A DNA stretch of 37,317 nucleotides, taken from the IMG/VR virus record IMGVR_UViG_3300028740_000013, positions 1-37,317 of that record. One strand, 5' to 3'. The DNA is from a virus. Lineage: Duplodnaviria > Caudoviricetes. The position numbers were made by a program, and so were the translations under genes. Positions 1 through 7,469 of this stretch are shown here, piece by piece. Positions within the stretch are counted from its first letter, which is position 1. Each line of letters opens with the position of its first letter. The notes under the pieces were generated by a model that was given only the letters and a program-made list of their open reading frames with translations, was not told the origin of the DNA and ran no database searches.

Positions 1-1
1 C

Positions 2-1777
2 AACCTGCAGCTGCCATTTGTTCTGAGCGGAAACCTAACGAGCGGCCACAAGGGGATGTTCCTCGACTTTAGCGGCCAAGCCAACACCACCCTGGACAAC
101 GTCTATGTGAAGGCGCTCGGCTACTCGACGGCGGGGGTTGCCAATCTTCGGGTTGCCGCTCCTGGTGGTGGTGTTGGCGGCGTTAATTTTGGGATGCACT
201 TTGCCAATAACACTTTTGTCGATGGCTACACAAACCCCAATTTAGTTGTGGCAGTGGCGCTTCAAGACGCTGACCTGACAATATTTGATCCCACCTTTTC
301 CGCTCGGGCCAGCCTGGACACTTCGATTGTAAACCGCTGGGGGTTCATGGGCCAGACGTTATACCATGCGCCGAACGGCGTAGGGATTGCGCAGGGCGGT
401 ACTTCGAGCACTATTACGCTGGCGTCTACCGCCTCGTCAGTGAACGATTTTTACAAGGGTCTCCCGATTCATGTGTGCTCAGCTCACACCGCAAGCGGGG
501 CATGCGACGGAACTAGGCAGCTGGGGTACATTGACAGCTATACGGGGTCCTCGCGGCAAGCGCATGTCGAAATACCGTGGCTATACTTCACGCCGACCAG
601 CTCTTCGGCCTATTCGATTGGCGCGGTGGGGTCGCAGTATCAGCATCTTGCCGGGCTGTCCTCTGCCAACGGAGCAACCCAGTACATCATCGGCGGCCAA
701 AACCTTACTGGGCAACTCATCTGGACTGGCGGGCTGATGCTTAACTTCACGGCGCCGTATATGGCGGGGTACGGAAGTGTCGCCGACAACATCGTGAAAG
801 ATGACGGCATTTTCTGCTCAACTGGTTCTCAGATGATTACCGGCACGGTGAATACGGAAGTGCAGGGCGCGAGCACGGGCGGGTCTTTCATCCGGTTGGT
901 AAGCGGCGCGGTGACGGACGTAAACGTTACTGGGCGGGTCACCAATATCGGGTCGGCGCGGGCGGTATATTCCGCTGACGCAGGTGGCGCGTGCAGTACT
1001 TACTTCACCAACATCAACGCCAAAACCGGCAGTATCGGGCCGACCCCGATGTTTTCCATGGCGGCCGGAACTGGGGTTCCGACGCAGTGGGCGGGCTCTG
1101 ATGTGACGGCAACGGCTTTTGGGTCGATTGGGGACTTGAGCGCCACGGCGAAAATCCCCTACTGCGGTTATATGTCGGAAAACCAGGGCACGCTGCGCGA
1201 TTCCGATATGCCGAGCTACTGCGAAACTTGGAGGTTCGGAAGCCTCGTAGGTGAAAACAAAACCGCCTTTACGAAAAATGTCTCCGGTCGCGTTACACCA
1301 TCGTATCAGTACCTAAGCTATTTCGTCACCTGTAGCCAACTGACTGGCGACTCCGCTGCGCATGATGTCTGCACGTTTCCTATCCCAGGCGGCGTACTGC
1401 AAGCGTATGCGGGGGGTTCATACACCAACGGCTACAACACGCTTTCCATGCATTGCCACAGTTCATTCACAACTACTGGTGTTGTGGTTACCCTGAGACT
1501 GAACCAGGGCGGCTACAGTATGCCATCTGACACGGTCACGCTGACCAGTACTGATATTTCTTGGGACGTCCATGTCTCCTCCTATCAACGGGCGGGCAAC
1601 AGCGGCTTTATTTCCTGGGATTGGAAGATTTATTCTGGCAAGGACTTGCTCGCATCAGGAAAATCGGGCGTCGCCAATGGTATCGCCGTCGAGAATGCCT
1701 CTAGCCTGATACTCAGCGCGGCGTCGTCCACAACCCAGACCCCTGATCCGTGCTACGTGCAGAAGAACGGGAATTAG
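2..1777 (+). CDS. Virion structural / receptor-binding (tail fibre or spike-like) protein, 5'-truncated
   Basis: Frame is open from base 2 (NLQLPFVLSGNLTSGHKGM...), so the start lies upstream of the window. G/S/T-rich; contains AQGGTSSTITLASTASSVNDFYKG...YTGSSRQAHV, a motif I recognise from phage virion proteins. Visibly lower GC than the core genes. Confidence 0.55.
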   Translation, partial: NLQLPFVLSGNLTSGHKGMFLDFSGQANTTLDNVYVKALGYSTAGVANLRVAAPGGGVGGVNFGMHFANNTFVDGYTNPNLVVAVALQDADLTIFDPTFSARASLDTSIVNRWGFMGQTLYHAPNGVGIAQGGTSSTITLASTASSVNDFYKGLPIHVCSAHTASGACDGTRQLGYIDSYTGSSRQAHVEIPWLYFTPTSSSAYSIGAVGSQYQHLAGLSSANGATQYIIGGQNLTGQLIWTGGLMLNFTAPYMAGYGSVADNIVKDDGIFCSTGSQMITGTVNTEVQGASTGGSFIRLVSGAVTDVNVTGRVTNIGSARAVYSADAGGACSTYFTNINAKTGSIGPTPMFSMAAGTGVPTQWAGSDVTATAFGSIGDLSATAKIPYCGYMSENQGTLRDSDMPSYCETWRFGSLVGENKTAFTKNVSGRVTPSYQYLSYFVTCSQLTGDSAAHDVCTFPIPGGVLQAYAGGSYTNGYNTLSMHCHSSFTTTGVVVTLRLNQGGYSMPSDTVTLTSTDISWDVHVSSYQRAGNSGFISWDWKIYSGKDLLASGKSGVANGIAVENASSLILSAASSTTQTPDPCYVQKNGN

Positions 1778-1788
1778 GCGGGCCGTTG

Positions 1789-1804
1789 TTGACCTAACCG
1801 TCAA
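1789..1804. promoter_or_regulatory. Palindrome TTGAC-ctaacc-GTCAA; -35/operator upstream of helicase
   Basis: Intergenic; one of five copies of the motif; TATTGG 17 bp after the -35 hexamer, ATG at 1823. Confidence 0.65.
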
Positions 1805-1822
1805 TTGCTGGTATTGGGCGGC

Positions 1823-4363
1823 ATGTCTCAACCAACGTTCCGCCCGTATCAGACCACCCTATCCGACGACATTGACTTGGCTTGGGCCGCAGGCGCGCGC
1901 AACGTGCTTGCCAAGCTCCCGTGCGGCGGCGGCAAAACCGTCATCATGGCCCACAAGGCCCGCACGTACCGCGGCGCCTCTATCTGCATTGCACACCGTC
2001 ACCACCTTGTCGCCCAAATGTCGCTTGCGCTCGCCCGCAACGGCGTGCGCCACAGACTCATAGGCGCAACGGACCTTGCGCGGCTCATTGTCACGCAGCA
2101 TGTAGAAAAGCTCGGGCGGTCTTTCTACGACCCGCAGGCATGGGTGGGTGTCGCCAGCGTCGACACGCTTGCCCGACGCGCGCCGGATGACGCCTGGTTT
2201 AAGCAAATCACCCTTTGGCAAACTGACGAATGCTTTCCAGCGGGGACGTTGGTTGACGGTCGGCCGATCGAAACCCTGCGAGTCGGTGACGTGGTCGCGT
2301 CGTTTGATGAACGATTCGGCGTCTTGCGCTCCCGCCGGATCGTTCGATTATTCAAAAACCCCGCGCCGCGGCACATGGTGCGGCTTTACACCCAAGCCCA
2401 TCACGTATTAGAATGCACCCCCAATCACCCGATTTTCACGCAACGCGGCTGGGTTGCCGCAGGGGGCCTAAATGCCGACGATAAAGTGCTTTATGTGCCC
2501 GAAGCCCGCGGACCTAAGCGGCTTTCGACAGGGGCAATACGAGAGGACCGGGCGGGCGTATTGCAGTCGAGAGTGTTCGACGGCCTACCGAGCGAGGCGG
2601 TCATCCGAAACGGCAACCAAAACCAACCTCAAGTATGCGTCGGCGCGCATGAAACTAAACAACCCGATGCGCCACAAAAAATCGCGGGACAAGATGCGCA
2701 AAACGCTGTTGCGGATTGGGCACCGACCGAGCGTCCAGGGCGGCAACGGGACGCCGCCACCCCCAGCGGAAGCGGCGCTTTTTGCGATCTTCGGGGGCAT
2801 GGGCTTCGTGATGCAATTTGCGATTCGGACGGGGAAACGCAAAGGCGACGGGAAGAAAATCCCGCACAGTTACAAAGTGGACTTGGCCAATCCGACGCTG
2901 CGGCTGGCGATCGAAGCGGACGGGGGCTCTCACGGAATGCGGGAGCGCAAGGAACAGGACCGGAAGAAAGAGGGGGTCTTAGGTGGATTGGGCTGGACCG
3001 TATTGAGGTTTACGAACCTGGAAATTCTCAACGACCCGACGGCGGTTGTGGTGAGGGTTTTGTCTACAATCTCGAAATTGAAGACTTCCACACTTATGTC
3101 GCTGGCGGGATCGTAGTCCACAACTGCCATCATCTTTTGCGTAAAAATAAATGGGGTAAAGCCGTCGCACTTTTTCCTAACGCCCACGGGATAGGTTGGA
3201 CCGCCACACCGGGGCGCGCGGACGGTTATGGCCTCGGGCGCCATGCGGACGGGGTTTTTGATGCGATGGTGTCCGGCCCGGGAATGCGGGAGCTTATCAC
3301 TGCGGGGTACCTGACCGACTACAAGCTGCTTTGCCCGCCGTCCGACCTAAAGCTTGACGAGTCGGACCTTGGCGAGAGCGGGGAATTTAAGCAGGCCGCG
3401 GTATCCGCGGCAGTGCGCGGCTCGCACATTACCGGCGACGTGGTTTCCCACTATCTGCGGTACGCCGCCGGCAAGCTCGGCATGGTCTTTGCGGTCGACG
3501 TTGACCACGCGACGCAACTCCTGGCCGGGTTTCAAGCCGCTGGGGTGCCCGCCGAAGTCATCACGCACCTAACGCACCCGACGGCGCGCGCGGCGGTCAT
3601 GCGGCGATATGAGCGGCGCGAGGTACTTGTCGTTATCAACGTCGATCTATTTGGCGAGGGGACCGACTTCCCGGCCCTGGAGGTTGTGAGCCTCGCGCGG
3701 CCAACCGCCAGCTACCCACTTTACGAGCAGCAATTTTGTCGCGCGCTGCGGCTCCTGGAGGGTAAAGCGTATGGGCTTATCCTGGACCACGCGGGCAACA
3801 CGATGCGCCATGGGGGCCCGCCAGACTGCCCGCGGCATTACAGCCTAGACCGGCGCGAGAGGCGCGGGCCGCACCTGCCGGCCGACGGCGTGCCGATGCG
3901 CGCTTGCACGGCCTGCACGGCGCCCTATGCCCGCACGCGGCTGACGTGCCCCTATTGCGGCGCGGAGGCTCCCGAACCTGCCGGCCGCGCCTCGCCCGAG
4001 CAAGTCGAGGGGGACTTAGTGTTGCTGGACGGCGCGGCGCTGGCGGCTCTACGTGGCGAGGTCGCGCACATTGACGGCCCGGCGCGCGTGCCCGGGCACC
4101 TGGACGGCCCGGCGCGCATATCATGCGAGCGGCGCCACCTAGAGCGGCAGCAAGCCCAAGCGACCTTGCGCGCCACGATCGCGCTTTGGGGCGGCTGGCG
4201 GCGGCGTGAGGGCGAGGACGACCGGGAGGCGCAACGGCGCTTTTGGTTCCGGTTTGGCGTCGACGTGGCGACCGCTCAAACGCTGGGTGCGCGTGAGGCT
4301 GGGGAGCTTTGCAGTCGGGTCGCGGGGGACTTGTCGACGGCGGGCGTCGTCGCCGCTACTTAG
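1823..4363 (+). CDS. Superfamily 2 DExH helicase (RadD/YejH-like, C-terminal Zn ribbon), intein-containing
   Basis: Q motif FRPYQ, Walker A PCGGGKT, motif II DE|CHH split by the intein, motif III TATP, LFGEGTDFP, QQFCRALR, CxxC...CPYCG. ATG 1823 preferred over TTG 1805. Confidence 0.93.
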   Translation: MSQPTFRPYQTTLSDDIDLAWAAGARNVLAKLPCGGGKTVIMAHKARTYRGASICIAHRHHLVAQMSLALARNGVRHRLIGATDLARLIVTQHVEKLGRSFYDPQAWVGVASVDTLARRAPDDAWFKQITLWQTDECFPAGTLVDGRPIETLRVGDVVASFDERFGVLRSRRIVRLFKNPAPRHMVRLYTQAHHVLECTPNHPIFTQRGWVAAGGLNADDKVLYVPEARGPKRLSTGAIREDRAGVLQSRVFDGLPSEAVIRNGNQNQPQVCVGAHETKQPDAPQKIAGQDAQNAVADWAPTERPGRQRDAATPSGSGAFCDLRGHGLRDAICDSDGETQRRREENPAQLQSGLGQSDAAAGDRSGRGLSRNAGAQGTGPEERGGLRWIGLDRIEVYEPGNSQRPDGGCGEGFVYNLEIEDFHTYVAGGIVVHNCHHLLRKNKWGKAVALFPNAHGIGWTATPGRADGYGLGRHADGVFDAMVSGPGMRELITAGYLTDYKLLCPPSDLKLDESDLGESGEFKQAAVSAAVRGSHITGDVVSHYLRYAAGKLGMVFAVDVDHATQLLAGFQAAGVPAEVITHLTHPTARAAVMRRYERREVLVVINVDLFGEGTDFPALEVVSLARPTASYPLYEQQFCRALRLLEGKAYGLILDHAGNTMRHGGPPDCPRHYSLDRRERRGPHLPADGVPMRACTACTAPYARTRLTCPYCGAEAPEPAGRASPEQVEGDLVLLDGAALAALRGEVAHIDGPARVPGHLDGPARISCERRHLERQQAQATLRATIALWGGWRRREGEDDREAQRRFWFRFGVDVATAQTLGAREAGELCSRVAGDLSTAGVVAAT
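2231..3124 (+). mobile_element. Class 1 intein (298 aa) in helicase Walker B/motif II
   Basis: Block A CFPAGTLV, block B LECTPNHPIF, blocks F/G VYNLEIEDFHTYVAGGIVVHN followed by +1 Cys. Removal restores WQTDECHHLL. Confidence 0.95.
2472..3116 (+). CDS. Vsr/DUF559-like PD-(D/E)XK homing endonuclease nested in the +1 frame of the intein
   Basis: 214 aa. CFMC...YCSREC Zn finger, NNPM...RDKMRKTL (NUMOD3-like), YKVDLA...IEADGGSH...QDRKKE..L..LGWTVLRF. AGGGGG 5 nt upstream of the ATG. Confidence 0.88.
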   Translation: MPTIKCFMCPKPADLSGFRQGQYERTGRAYCSRECSTAYRARRSSETATKTNLKYASARMKLNNPMRHKKSRDKMRKTLLRIGHRPSVQGGNGTPPPPAEAALFAIFGGMGFVMQFAIRTGKRKGDGKKIPHSYKVDLANPTLRLAIEADGGSHGMRERKEQDRKKEGVLGGLGWTVLRFTNLEILNDPTAVVVRVLSTISKLKTSTLMSLAGS

Positions 4364-4368
4364 CGCCG

Positions 4369-4563
4369 CTAATCGGTATCGGGGGGTAAGTCCGTCGGTT
4401 GCACGGGCATTTCCGCGTGTTCTTCGCCGGTGCCACCGCATCCGGCGCATAAAGTACGCCGGCCCAACCCTTCGCCCGTGCCGCTGCAATCGGGGCAGGT
4501 TTTGCCGGTCCAACCGTAGAGCTTGCCGCCCTTGGTATATTCGCCCGCTTTTAATTGATACAT
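4369..4563 (-). CDS. Small DnaJ-type Zn-finger protein (64 aa)
   Basis: AAGGAG RBS and ATG at 4563; CPDCSGTG and CAGCGGTG (2x CxxCxGxG). Confidence 0.7.
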   Translation of the reverse strand: MYQLKAGEYTKGGKLYGWTGKTCPDCSGTGEGLGRRTLCAGCGGTGEEHAEMPVQPTDLPPDTD

Positions 4564-4576
4564 GCCCGTGCTCCTT

Positions 4577-4840
4577 CTAAGTGTGCGCCACGCGCGCATT
4601 GGCCGATCGGTCCCTTGCGGGCGTCGTCGCGGCGTGAGCCTTAAGGTACGACGCGCGATGTATCCAATGGCAAAAATGCAGGTAGGTGTTGCTGCCATCG
4701 GCGCGGAAGTGCGTCCACCCGGCGGCGCGCGCCTCGGTCCACGCCTTCGCGGTGTTGTGGGTGGCCGTGGGATGCGTCGCGCGGCAGTCGGCGCAATCGC
4801 ACGCAAAGACGGTGCCCGAGACGGTGCGGCGCTTAGTCAT
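4577..4840 (-). CDS. Hypothetical Cys/His-rich protein (87 aa)
   Basis: ATGA overlap with the upstream ORF; CDCADC...ARAAGW...HFCHWIH. Confidence 0.6.
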   Translation of the reverse strand: MTKRRTVSGTVFACDCADCRATHPTATHNTAKAWTEARAAGWTHFRADGSNTYLHFCHWIHRASYLKAHAATTPARDRSANARVAHT

Positions 4841-4923
4841 AACCACACCCAAAGGGCCGCACCCACCGCCAACCAAAAAAGCGCGCAAAGCCCCGTCGCG
4901 ATGGTAGCTCCATAGTTGCTCAT
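4837..4923 (-). CDS. Small membrane peptide (28 aa)
   Basis: GAGGGA RBS, ATGA overlaps at both ends, MSNYGATIATGLCALFWLAVGAALWVWL. Confidence 0.55.
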   Translation of the reverse strand: MSNYGATIATGLCALFWLAVGAALWVWL

Positions 4924-5366
4924 TTTTTGTCCCTCGGTTGGTACGCGCGGGCGGCGTGCGCCTCGCAATATGGATAGTTTTGGTGGGTGGCGTGGCCACA
5001 ATAGCAGAAGTCCGGTGTAAGCGGGTCGCCGATCGGCCAGCGGCATTGATTGGCCTGGAGGGTCTCAAGGGTGGTGTGTGCGCCCGTAACCGACGACACG
5101 GGCGGTTCGGCTTCTTGCTGGCGGAGTATAGCGGGGCGGGGCTTGCGGGAGATACCGCCAGCGACTCGCGGCGCTCGGTTTTGTGAGGATCCCGGCTGTT
5201 GCGCGAGAGTGGGCGCCCCGTCGGTCCCTTTGAGGCGGTGAATTTTGCCGATTATGGCGCTACGGGAGGTATCCCCGAGCGCGTGAGCAATTTGCAAGGC
5301 GGACAACCCTTCGGCGGCCAGCACTTTAAGCTGCTTTAATTTTTCATCGGTCCAAACGTCAGCCAT
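4920..5366 (-). CDS. gcrA: GcrA-family cell-cycle transcriptional regulator homologue (148 aa)
   Basis: WTDEKLKQLK...GLSALQIA..LGDTSRSAIIGKIHRL (HTH) and CRWPIGDP...FCYCG...PYCEAHAARAYQ. Confidence 0.9.
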   Translation of the reverse strand: MADVWTDEKLKQLKVLAAEGLSALQIAHALGDTSRSAIIGKIHRLKGTDGAPTLAQQPGSSQNRAPRVAGGISRKPRPAILRQQEAEPPVSSVTGAHTTLETLQANQCRWPIGDPLTPDFCYCGHATHQNYPYCEAHAARAYQPRDKK

Positions 5367-5372
5367 GGGGCT

Positions 5373-5414
5373 TCTATAAACGCTATTGACACTCCGGTCA
5401 AGACGGGAGATAAC
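5373..5414. promoter_or_regulatory. Divergent promoters sharing palindrome TTGAC-actccg-GTCAA (5386-5401)
   Basis: Minus strand TTGACC-17-TATAGA-6-ATG (gcrA); plus strand TTGACA-17-GATAAC-6-ATG (5421). Confidence 0.7.
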
Positions 5415-5420
5415 CGGGGC

Positions 5421-5621
5421 ATGGACTTTGACGCCTACGCCGCTGCTCTTGCCCGCGCCGATTGGTTTTACCAAATGAGCGACGACCCTGCCGCCTATGC
5501 CGCGGGGTGCTGGGAAATAGCGGCGTTGCGAGCGTTATGGGGTGCGTCGGAATTGCACGGGGTGCTATTCGACTGCACGCAGGAATGGGCTAACAGAGTC
5601 ATGAGGGAACACAATGCGTAA
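5421..5621 (+). CDS. Hypothetical protein
   Basis: First ORF after the promoter; ADWFYQMSDD motif. Confidence 0.65.
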   Translation: MDFDAYAAALARADWFYQMSDDPAAYAAGCWEIAALRALWGASELHGVLFDCTQEWANRVMREHNA

Positions 5622-5796
5622 GACAATGTGGGCTATCAAGCGCCAATGTGGGGCCTACCAGCAATGCCCTAGCGGGTCAGGCGCGCCCTGGCTTTTCAGG
5701 ACTCGGCATCTTGCTAATTGGGAGATTCAATACGGCCGAGCCTCCGCTTTTGGTAAGGCCGTCCCTGTTATTGTCACGATTGAGTTGCGCAAATGA
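5614..5796 (+). CDS. Hypothetical protein
   Basis: GAGGG RBS; overlaps both neighbours. Confidence 0.55.
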   Translation: MRKTMWAIKRQCGAYQQCPSGSGAPWLFRTRHLANWEIQYGRASAFGKAVPVIVTIELRK

Positions 5797-6113
5797 GAGT
5801 CTATATCGCCGGGCCGATCAAAGGTAACGACTCAGCGCGAGAGTGTTTCGCGTTGGCGGCCAAAATGCTTAGGGACCTAGGCAAGTATGAAGTCGTCAAC
5901 CCTTTTGAATTGAACGTCTCGGCTATAGAAGCCGACGCGGGGTATGCGGCGTACATGCGCGCGGACCTTAAGGCTCTTGTGGGTTGCGACGCAATTCACC
6001 TTTTGCGCGGGTGGGAAAATAGCGCCGGGGCGCGCCTGGAGTTCCAAGTCGCGCAAATGTGCGGACTTTTGGTTACGTACCAATGCGCTTTGGGCTTGAG
6101 CCTACATCCATGA
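5793..6113 (+). CDS. DUF4406-like nucleoside deoxyribosyltransferase-fold protein
   Basis: VYIAGPI...VVNP...YMRADLKALVGCDAIHLLRGWENSAGARLE. Confidence 0.85.
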   Translation: MRVYIAGPIKGNDSARECFALAAKMLRDLGKYEVVNPFELNVSAIEADAGYAAYMRADLKALVGCDAIHLLRGWENSAGARLEFQVAQMCGLLVTYQCALGLSLHP

Positions 6114-6481
6114 CCCGCGAGTCGCCCCTCTATCTCGCATTGCGCGAAGAGGCCGCCCGTAAAGGGATGCGGCTTTGGCGCAATAACTGCGGCGCGTTTC
6201 AAGACGCGACGGGCCGGTGGGTGCGCTACGGCCTCGCCAACGACTCCAAGGTTTTGAGTGCGCACATTAAGAGCGGGGACTTGATCGGTATCCGGCCGGT
6301 GCTCATTCTGCCCGAGCACGTCGGGACGGTCATTGGCCAATTTATCAGCCGGGAGTGCAAGCCTGCCGAGTGGCACTTTTCACCAAAGGATGATCGCGAG
6401 GCGGCACAAGAGCAGTGGAACATGCTTGTGCGGGCCCTTGGTGGCGACGCTCAATTTGCAACACGAGAGGGGACGCTATGA
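6110..6481 (+). CDS. VRR-NUC family nuclease / junction resolvase
   Basis: LWRNNCGA...VRYGLAN...SGDLIG...RECK; ATGA overlap. Confidence 0.8.
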   Translation: MTRESPLYLALREEAARKGMRLWRNNCGAFQDATGRWVRYGLANDSKVLSAHIKSGDLIGIRPVLILPEHVGTVIGQFISRECKPAEWHFSPKDDREAAQEQWNMLVRALGGDAQFATREGTL

Positions 6482-6759
6482 CCCCCGCCGCAGCTGCCCA
6501 CTTTGCGCAACGCCTGGCCGCCCCGCTCGTACTTGAGCCCGGCGCGGTGTGTCGCCTGCGTGGCGGCCGCATAGCGGTTATTGACCGCGGCTTGCGGTAT
6601 CGCCACGTCGACGCCCCCGGCGGCGCGCAATATGACGGTTGGGGCGGCCGGGCGCTCTTTGAAGACGGCGGCGACGTGCTGGCCTTTTGGTGCGCGGACG
6701 GCGCCGCAAGCGTCGACTATAACCCTGACCCCTACGACCTAATGGAGCGGATAGCGTGA
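6478..6759 (+). CDS. Hypothetical protein
   Basis: RBS and ATGA overlap; shares a motif pattern with 7470-7820. Confidence 0.65.
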   Translation: MTPAAAAHFAQRLAAPLVLEPGAVCRLRGGRIAVIDRGLRYRHVDAPGGAQYDGWGGRALFEDGGDVLAFWCADGAASVDYNPDPYDLMERIA

Positions 6760-7121
6760 CGTATCAGGCTAGAGTGTGGCGTTGGGTGGTCCAATGCTTC
6801 GGTACGGGCTTCGCGTGCGACCCGATTGAACGCGCGCACCGCTTTCTTGAAGAGTCGCTAGAGCGGGCGCAAGCCGTGGGGTGTACCGAAGAGGACGCCG
6901 TAAAGCTCGTAGCATACGTCTACGGGCGCCCGGTCGGCGTGGTCTTCCAAGAAGTTGGCGGCGTCTCGGTCACGTTGGTCGCTCTTTGTGCGGGGCTTGA
7001 AGTGGACGGGGACGACGCCGCCGAAACAGAGCTTGCGCGGTGCTGGCAAAAATTTGACCGCATCCGCGAAAAGAATGCCGCGAAAGCGCATGGCATGCCG
7101 CTCCCGGGGTCGGTCACATGA
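6756..7121 (+). CDS. Putative MazG-like all-alpha NTP pyrophosphohydrolase
   Basis: ERAHRFLEESLE...QEVGGVSVTL pattern; GTG start overlapping the upstream stop. Confidence 0.5.
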   Translation: MTYQARVWRWVVQCFGTGFACDPIERAHRFLEESLERAQAVGCTEEDAVKLVAYVYGRPVGVVFQEVGGVSVTLVALCAGLEVDGDDAAETELARCWQKFDRIREKNAAKAHGMPLPGSVT

Positions 7122-7342
7122 GCACCTTTGTCGTCACCCGAGATTACGCCGGCCGTCCGTGTCACGCACTTTGCGCGGAGCCGCCCCGCTTGACCAAAGA
7201 GGCGCGGCGCGAGGTCGTTGTCGCGCTGACGTTGAGCCCGATCGGCGAGCGGCTGACGTTCCGCGAGTTGATCGCCTGCTATGAGGCGGATGGCTTCCGC
7301 GGAGCATTGACCGCGCGGTGCGTGGTGGAGCGTTTGGTTTAG
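7118..7342 (+). CDS. Hypothetical protein
   Basis: ATGA overlap within a gene string. Confidence 0.55.
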   Translation: MSTFVVTRDYAGRPCHALCAEPPRLTKEARREVVVALTLSPIGERLTFRELIACYEADGFRGALTARCVVERLV

Positions 7343-7354
7343 AGGAGAGACGAT

Positions 7355-7456
7355 ATGTCTAAAATCACCGCGCGGTTTGTTGGGGCATGGTTTGGACTTT
7401 GGGCGGTATTGGGCCCGGTGTCTTTCGGCTTGCTTCTCTGGGTCTTAACCCGTTAG
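7355..7456 (+). CDS. Small membrane peptide (33 aa)
   Basis: GAGGAG RBS; MSKITARFVGAWFGLWAVLGPVSFGLLLWVLTR; absent from the ORF track. Confidence 0.6.
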   Translation: MSKITARFVGAWFGLWAVLGPVSFGLLLWVLTR

Positions 7457-7469
7457 GGAGCGCGCTGCT

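Noticed and set aside
4066-4120. 30-bp-period duplication (HIDGPARV / HLDGPARI) in the helicase tail
   Set aside because: Short in-frame duplication in a variable region; no evidence of function
4360-4373. TTAGCG-c-CGCTAA between convergent stop codons
   Set aside because: 1-nt loop, no U-tract; largely formed by the two stop codons
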